A stretch of DNA of 64,000 nucleotides, taken from assembly GCA_045635785.1 (NCBI GenBank), contig JAZTWJ010000052.1:541-64540 (forward strand). Direction: 5' to 3'. The stretch is from Candidatus Flemingiibacterium sp. (lineage in GTDB: Bacteria; Bacillota; Clostridia; Oscillospirales; CAG-272). Positions 58,893 to 64,000 of the stretch are shown piece after piece; positions within the stretch are counted from its first letter, which is position 1, and each line of letters begins with the position of its first letter. The notes beneath the pieces were generated by a model. That model did not search any database, had not been told where the DNA came from, and saw nothing but the letters and a program-made list of their open reading frames with translations. The position numbers and the translations under genes are program-made.

Positions 58893-59018
58893 GTCTTTCG
58901 ATGAAAAAATGAGCCTTAAAAACAACATTTTTCAAAGATTTTTTAAGATATATTAAAATCGCCGTTTTCGGTCTTTATAAAAAGTTTTTATAAAAAATAA
59001 GTTTTTTTCGAAAAGCCC

Positions 59019-59048
59019 TTGACAAATACCATTGCAATTGTGTATAAT
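59019..59048 (+). promoter_or_regulatory. sigma-A promoter of rpmH
   Basis: TTGACA (59019-59024), 18-nt spacer, TATAAT (59043-59048). This implies a leader of about 135 nt. Confidence 0.7.
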
Positions 59049-59190
59049 ATTAAGTGTTATTGTGTGAATTTGTATTCATTGAGAATTACAATCCATATTT
59101 AAGAGCATGACTTGCCAAAGCAAGTCTACCGTATAAGGGTCTGAAAAATTTTTCAGACTTATCACCGAAGTGATAAGGAGGTGTCTATCA

Positions 59191-59325
59191 ATGCTTAGAA
59201 CTTACCAGCCTAAGAAGCGTCAGAGAAAGGTTGAGCATGGTTTCAGAAAGAGAATGAGAACCGCTGACGGAAGAAAGGTACTCAAGAGAAGACGCGCGAA
59301 GGGAAGAAAGCAGCTTACCTACTAA
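59191..59325 (+). CDS. rpmH: 50S ribosomal protein L34
   Basis: Not in the ORF track because it is under 60 aa. The sequence translates to [44 protein letters not shown] (44 aa), the canonical L34 sequence. AAGGAGG SD lies 9 nt upstream. Confidence 0.95.
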   Translation: MLRTYQPKKRQRKVEHGFRKRMRTADGRKVLKRRRAKGRKQLTY

Positions 59326-59437
59326 TTTTCCCCTAAGCCAAGGCAGACAGAAATACAACCCAGTATAAAGATATTGGGTTGTATTGAGTATGCTCTGTAG
59401 TTGAAAATCGTTGCTAAACCGCCGAAGCGCTGGGTAA

Positions 59438-59462
59438 GATCCCGTCTTTCGGGGGTTTTTAT
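59438..59462 (+). terminator. weak terminator-like hairpin between rpmH and rnpA
   Basis: CCCG-TCTTT-CGGG (a stem of only 4-5 bp) followed by GGTTTTTATT. Confidence 0.35.
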
Positions 59463-59527
59463 TGTGATGCGGAAAAAATTTACACCTGAAAATGGTTTTA
59501 CGTCATAAATAAGGGATATAATAGAAA

Positions 59528-59914
59528 ATGAAGTTTGGCGCCATTACGGAAAATCATTTGTATTCGAAGGCATACGCCCGCGGAAAAAAATTCGTCGGGC
59601 GTCATGTTGTCGTCTATATATTGCCCGATTATGCGGCGGCCAGGCTTGCGAGGGCTAATCCTACAGGGCAGAGCCTAAATCGTGTGGGCATTACCGTTAC
59701 CAAAAAACTCGGCGGAGCCGTTGTGCGAAATCGTGCAAAGCGCATCATCAGGGAAGGTTATCGTCTTTCGAATGCGGAGTTTCCGATCAAGCGTGGTTTT
59801 TTGATCGTCATCGTTGCCCGTGCAGGCATCGCAGCTGCCAAATCACAGCACATCAAATACGATCTGAATGCCGCCTTTTCAAAGCTCGGCATGCGAATTT
59901 CGGAGAAAGGGTAA
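59528..59914 (+). CDS. rnpA: ribonuclease P protein component
   Basis: 128 aa. [25 protein letters not shown] contains the RNR motif. Confidence 0.93.
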   Translation: MKFGAITENHLYSKAYARGKKFVGRHVVVYILPDYAAARLARANPTGQSLNRVGITVTKKLGGAVVRNRAKRIIREGYRLSNAEFPIKRGFLIVIVARAGIAAAKSQHIKYDLNAAFSKLGMRISEKG

Positions 59915-60156
59915 TGAAATACATTGCGGTTTTTCTGATACGGCTGTACAGAAAATTTATATCTCCGCTGAAGTCGCCCTGCTGCCGCTTTACGCCCACA
60001 TGCTCCGAATATGCTTTGGAGGCATTCCAAAAGCGCGGCTTTTTTGTGGGGTTTACGCTGACGGTGTGGCGGATTTTGCGCTGCAATCCCTTTGGAAAGG
60101 GAGGCTTTGATCCCGTTCCTGAAAAGAAGAAAAATAAACGGACAAAAAATCCGTAA
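59914..60156 (+). CDS. yidD: membrane protein insertion efficiency factor YidD
   Basis: [31 protein letters not shown]...G...G..L...[15 protein letters not shown]. The start overlaps the rnpA stop (TAATG). Confidence 0.93.
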   Translation: MKYIAVFLIRLYRKFISPLKSPCCRFTPTCSEYALEAFQKRGFFVGFTLTVWRILRCNPFGKGGFDPVPEKKKNKRTKNP

Positions 60157-60180
60157 TTTAAGGAGAAATTACATAGGAAC

Positions 60181-61341
60181 ATGAATATTTGGGATATTAT
60201 CAACGTACCGCTTGGTTATATTATAAAAATCAGCTATCAGCTTACACAAAACTACGCGTTGGCGCTGTTTTTCTTTGCAATTGTGCTTGAGATTCTGTTG
60301 CTTCCCTTCGGTATCAAGCAACAGAAAAACACGGTTAAGCAAGCAACTCTGCGCCCCAAGGAAATGGCAATCCGCAAAAAATATGCAGGACGCACCGATC
60401 AGGCGACACAGCAAAAGCTGAACAACGAAATCATGGATCTGTATAAGCGCGAGAATTTCAACCCGATGGGTGGATGCTTGCCGCTGCTTATTCAGATGCC
60501 AATCCTCTTCTCGCTGTATAATGTTGTTGTCAGCCCGCTCAAATACATCTGCGGTTTCGGCGCAGATGTTATATCGGCAATTCAGGCAAAAATTTATGAG
60601 TTGATGAGCGCGGCGGAAATGGTCGGCTTTGAAAATTTTGCACCGGAAGTCAAGGCACGCGAAATTGATTTGATCACGAAGATCCGCGAGCTTGGTCTGG
60701 AAAATTTTGTGGACGGAAACGGCGAAGTGCTGACCGAGGAGATTCTTCCCAACTTTGTAATTTTCGGCAGCATGGACCTTTCTAAGGTGCCGTCCTTCAA
60801 TGACGTCAATTTGCTTCTTCTGATTCCTCTGTTTACCCTTCTTGTTACGCTGGGAAGCACCTTCATCATGAAGAAGTTTACCTACAATCCCAATCCCGAT
60901 GCAAAGCCCGATGCGTCTATGCGCATCATGCAGCTTTCCATGCCGCTGCTTTCGGTGTATATCTCGTTCACCATCGCTGCGGCAATCGGTCTGTACTGGA
61001 TCTTCCGTAACATTCTCAGCGTTGTTGAGCGTATCATCATTTCCAAGTTGATTCCGCTGCCGCAGTTTACCGAGGAGGATTACAAGGCAGCCGAGCGCGA
61101 AGCAAATGTAAAGCCTCTTTCCAAAAAACAGCAGAAGAAAAAGGTCCGCTCCCTGCATCGCATTGATGAAGAGGACGAGCAGCCCGCGAAAACGAAGCCC
61201 GAAAACGGCAAGCCCGCTCTGAAGGAAGGCGTCAATAAGGCAGAAGCTCCCAAACTGAAGGAAGATAACCGTCACGAAAAGACGGAGGATCCCCAAAAAG
61301 AAGACGAAACTGCAAAAACGGATGAAAACAAGGCGGAATAA
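60181..61341 (+). CDS. yidC: membrane insertase YidC/Oxa1 family (SpoIIIJ-like) with a long charged C-terminal tail
   Basis: Core motifs RPKEMAIRKKY, LYKRENFNPMGGCLPLLIQMPILF, GLYWIFRN. The C-terminal ~100 aa are Lys/Glu/Asp-rich. Confidence 0.93.
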   Translation: MNIWDIINVPLGYIIKISYQLTQNYALALFFFAIVLEILLLPFGIKQQKNTVKQATLRPKEMAIRKKYAGRTDQATQQKLNNEIMDLYKRENFNPMGGCLPLLIQMPILFSLYNVVVSPLKYICGFGADVISAIQAKIYELMSAAEMVGFENFAPEVKAREIDLITKIRELGLENFVDGNGEVLTEEILPNFVIFGSMDLSKVPSFNDVNLLLLIPLFTLLVTLGSTFIMKKFTYNPNPDAKPDASMRIMQLSMPLLSVYISFTIAAAIGLYWIFRNILSVVERIIISKLIPLPQFTEEDYKAAEREANVKPLSKKQQKKKVRSLHRIDEEDEQPAKTKPENGKPALKEGVNKAEAPKLKEDNRHEKTEDPQKEDETAKTDENKAE

Positions 61342-61389
61342 TCCCGTCTGTAAATACGACAAAACGATAGTGAAAGGAAGAGCCAAACG

Positions 61390-62331
61390 GTGAAACAGGA
61401 ACTGATATTTACCGGCAAAACGGTGGATGCCGCGCTGGCTGCCGCTGCTGAAGAGCTGGGCACCAATGCGGAAGCTCTCACCTACACGGTGCTGGAGCAG
61501 GAAAAAGCAGGCTTTCTCGGGCTTGGTGCAGGCCTTGCAAAGATCAAGGTTGAGCAAAAAGTCGGCGGAGAAGTCATTGCAAAGAAATTTGTGGAAGAAT
61601 TGCTTGCCAATATGGAGGTCAATGCAAAGGTCGAAATGACGACTCTGCGCAGAAATGACCGCGTGATCAATGTCATCGGCGATGAAGCGGGTGTTTTGAT
61701 CGGACATCACGGCGATACATTGGAGGCACTTCAATATCTGACCAATCTTGCGGCAAACAAGCGCGAGGAAGACGAATCCCGTGATTATGTACACATTACG
61801 GTTGATGTGGAAAATTATCGTGAAAAGCGTGAGCAGACGCTCCGTATGCTGGCGCGCCGCATGGCTGCTAAGGTGCAAAGAACAAACAAGAGTGTAATGC
61901 TTGAGCCCATGACGCCCTATGAGCGCCGCATTATCCATTCCGAGGTGCAGACCATCGAGGGAATTTCCACCAATTCGGTGGGCGTGGATAACAATCGCCG
62001 CGTTGTGATCTATTCGGAGAGCGAGGGTTTCAGCGTTCCGCAGGGCAAGAAGGAAAGAATCGGCGAAGGCCGCCGTTCCCGTTCCGGAGAGCGTTCGTCC
62101 CGCGGAGAGCGCAGAAGAAACGCAGGCGAATATAAAAACGCCAAGAAACCCGCCGCAAAGCCGTCAGCGCCCATGTATGACGATGGCGAAAAGCTTTCTG
62201 CCGAGGAGCTGTCGGATCTGATCTCGACTTACGGCACCAAGGAAAAGCCCGCGCGCGAGCAGCCGAAGAAGTACAAGGACTTCGATGAGTATTTAAGCAG
62301 CCTGCTCGGAGATACATCCGACGACAAATAA
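61390..62331 (+). CDS. jag: Jag/KhpB (EloR) RNA-binding protein (Jag_N, KH, R3H) with a basic C-terminal extension
   Basis: Jag_N (FTGKTVDAALAAAAEELG), KH region (GVLIGHHGDTLEALQYL), R3H (LEPMTPYERRIIHSEV). GTG start. About 95 extra residues follow R3H. Confidence 0.9.
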   Translation: MKQELIFTGKTVDAALAAAAEELGTNAEALTYTVLEQEKAGFLGLGAGLAKIKVEQKVGGEVIAKKFVEELLANMEVNAKVEMTTLRRNDRVINVIGDEAGVLIGHHGDTLEALQYLTNLAANKREEDESRDYVHITVDVENYREKREQTLRMLARRMAAKVQRTNKSVMLEPMTPYERRIIHSEVQTIEGISTNSVGVDNNRRVVIYSESEGFSVPQGKKERIGEGRRSRSGERSSRGERRRNAGEYKNAKKPAAKPSAPMYDDGEKLSAEELSDLISTYGTKEKPAREQPKKYKDFDEYLSSLLGDTSDDK

Positions 62332-62336
62332 AAAAC

Positions 62337-62368
62337 AAAAATGCGTCGGCAAGTCCGACGCATTTTTT
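62337..62368 (+). terminator. intrinsic terminator after jag
   Basis: Stem ATGCGTCGG/CCGACGCAT at 62341-62363, flanked by AAAA and TTTTT. Confidence 0.85.
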
Positions 62369-62421
62369 GATAACGACGGCACCGCTTGCAATTTAGCTGT
62401 GCCGATAAAAAGAGGTAGCAT

Positions 62422-63801
62422 ATGAATCATACAATAGCCGCCATTTCCACCGCATACGGACGCGGCGGCATTGCGGTCATCCGCATTTCGGGAGATGGAG
62501 CCATTGAAGTGGCAGAACGCTGCTTTCGTCCCGCCGATGGGATGCCTTTATCTGCACAGCCGCACGCAAAATGCGTATACGGCGCCATTTTGAAGGGTGG
62601 CAGACAGATTGACGACGGCATGTGTACCGTCTTTCGCGCGCCGCGCTCCTACACGGGAGAGGATGTTGCGGAAATCAGCTGCCACGGCGGAATTCTGTTG
62701 ACCGAAAAGGTTTTGGAAGCGATTTTTGAAGCGGGTGCAGTTCAGGCATCTGCCGGAGAATTTACCCGCCGCGCCTTTACAAGCGGCAAGCTCTCTCTGT
62801 CACAGGCAGAGGCGGTGGGCATGCTGATTGATGCGCAGAGTGAAGAACAGCTGGCGCTGGCAATTTCCCATGAGCGCGGCATCATCAAACGAAAGGCGGA
62901 CGCGTTGTATGAGCAGCTCAAAACCATTGTAACGGGCGTTTACGCGAATGTTGACTTCCCCGATGAGGATTTAGCGGAATTGAGCGCGGCGGAGGTTATG
63001 ACTGCGCTAATCGGCATCGAAAAGGAATTGTCGGCACTGCAAAGCACCTATCGCATCGGACGGGCGGTCTGTGAGGGAATACAGACGGCGATCGTGGGAA
63101 AGCCCAACACAGGTAAGTCTTCCCTGCTCAATCGCCTTGTAGGCCGCGAAAAAGCCATTGTGACGGATGTGGCGGGGACCACCCGTGATGTGATCGAGGA
63201 AACCGTTTCTTTTGGGCGCGTCATGCTGCGCCTTTGCGATACGGCGGGAATCCGCGAGACGGAAGATGTGGTGGAACGCATCGGTGTCAATCGGTCGCTG
63301 GAAATGCTTGCGCGCGCGGAGCTGATTTTTGCGGTATTTGATCTTTCCCGCGCCTTTGACGAGGAGGACTTGGCGCTGATCGAGCGTTTGCGATCGGTGG
63401 GCGGTGTGAAGATCGCCATTTTCAATAAAACGGATCTGAACGAAGTTTTTGACTGCGATATGGTCAGCAAATCCGACGTATTTGCACATAACATCCGCCT
63501 TTCCGCCGCGACGGAATGCGGACTAAAGGAATTGCGGAGGCTGGTGGAGGATCTGTTTGTGCAGGGTAAGATCGACTACGATACCACGGCGGTCCTAACA
63601 ACGGCAAGACAGAATGCATCGGTTTCACGCGCACTCGAATATGTGCGGAGTGCCATGTCACAGCTTGCGGCGGGAAGCACCGCCGATACAGCGGGCTTCG
63701 ATTTGGAAGCGGCGCTGTCCGAGCTGTCCGAGTTTGACGGACGTCGTGTGACGGAAGAAATCGTGGACGGTATCTTCCACCGCTTCTGTGTGGGAAAATA
63801 A
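62422..63801 (+). CDS. mnmE: tRNA modification GTPase MnmE (TrmE/ThdF)
   Basis: TIAAISTA.GRGGIAVIRISG, G-domain GKPNTGKSSLLN, DTAGIRET, C-terminal ...FCVGK. Confidence 0.96.
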   Translation: MNHTIAAISTAYGRGGIAVIRISGDGAIEVAERCFRPADGMPLSAQPHAKCVYGAILKGGRQIDDGMCTVFRAPRSYTGEDVAEISCHGGILLTEKVLEAIFEAGAVQASAGEFTRRAFTSGKLSLSQAEAVGMLIDAQSEEQLALAISHERGIIKRKADALYEQLKTIVTGVYANVDFPDEDLAELSAAEVMTALIGIEKELSALQSTYRIGRAVCEGIQTAIVGKPNTGKSSLLNRLVGREKAIVTDVAGTTRDVIEETVSFGRVMLRLCDTAGIRETEDVVERIGVNRSLEMLARAELIFAVFDLSRAFDEEDLALIERLRSVGGVKIAIFNKTDLNEVFDCDMVSKSDVFAHNIRLSAATECGLKELRRLVEDLFVQGKIDYDTTAVLTTARQNASVSRALEYVRSAMSQLAAGSTADTAGFDLEAALSELSEFDGRRVTEEIVDGIFHRFCVGK

Positions 63802-63865
63802 AAACCAAAAATCGCATGGAACCAAAAGAAAATGCCGCGTTTTACGCGACATCTTCTGATCGGAT

Positions 63866-64000
63866 CTACTTCTTTTTTGATACAAAGACGAGAACCAAAG
63901 CGGCAACGGCGGCAACCACTACAATGGCGATGATAATGCCCCAAATGCTGAAGCCATCCGCATTTTCGTCACCGTTTTGCATGCCGTTTTCTGCGGTTCC
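63866..64000 (-). CDS. 3' end of a gene encoding a protein with a C-terminal TM anchor and KKK tail (5' part outside the window)
   Basis: The minus-strand frame is open from the window edge to TAG at 63866-63868. It translates to ...GTAENGMQNGDENADGFSIWGIIIAIVVVAAVAALVLVFVSKKK, a hydrophobic helix plus basic tail (sorting-signal-like, but no LPXTG is visible in the window). Confidence 0.45.
   Translation of the reverse strand, partial: GTAENGMQNGDENADGFSIWGIIIAIVVVAAVAALVLVFVSKKK

Noticed and set aside
60169-61938. 589-aa minus-strand ORF spanning yidC, the yidC-jag spacer and part of jag
   Set aside because: It is antisense to two genes with unmistakable conserved motifs. Its translation is low-complexity (rich in L/F/R/C/H/Q) with no recognisable domain. 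This is a typical shadow ORF created by codon bias in GC-moderate DNA.

Overview
Origin-proximal core chromosome of a moderately GC-rich, spore-forming Firmicute; the Clostridia-like assignment is inferred from gene content (spoIIE, a Spo0A_C protein, nfnAB, DHHW/MBOAT). About 60 protein genes are tightly packed. Left to right: GlmU-like fragment, glmM, glmS ribozyme, glmS; typA, ymdB, a Gfo/Idh/MocA oxidoreductase, rarA, recG, proB (minus strand); U32 peptidase-family gene, dut, DUF4321, maf, mreB-like (plus); stand-alone Spo0A_C protein; SDR; MBOAT + DHHW pair; nth, spoIIE (minus); nfnAB; MGS-like + MinD-like pair (minus). A 16-gene plus-strand block follows: glyA, cinA, galK-family, membrane protein, MBL hydrolase, rlmH, WG-repeat protein, mnmG, rsmG, noc-like parB, parS, soj, spo0J, serS, membrane protein, MORN protein. 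Then pgsA, rimO, recX, recA, lipoprotein, gyrA, gyrB, remB, recF, dnaN, oriC, dnaA (minus), and divergently rpmH, rnpA, yidD, yidC, jag, mnmE (plus). I recognised no CRISPR array, transposase/IS, prophage, tRNA or rRNA. I do not see a convincing novel multi-gene system; this is a housekeeping region. The observations most worth a second look are: (1) a repeated Shine-Dalgarno / perfect 17-nt hairpin / ATG module in front of nfnA and the noc-like gene, with the same stem in the rpmH leader; (2) oriC with DnaA boxes, DnaA-trio-like repeats and an AT-rich element confined to the dnaA-dnaN spacer, plus a second DnaA-box cluster between gyrB and gyrA; (3) the mnmG-rsmG-noc-soj-spo0J block detached from mnmE and pointing head-on toward oriC; (4) a methylglyoxal-synthase homolog lacking the catalytic residues, paired with an orphan MinD-like ATPase; (5) a receiver-less Spo0A C-domain protein; (6) a U32-family gene whose conserved N-terminus has no canonical start codon.
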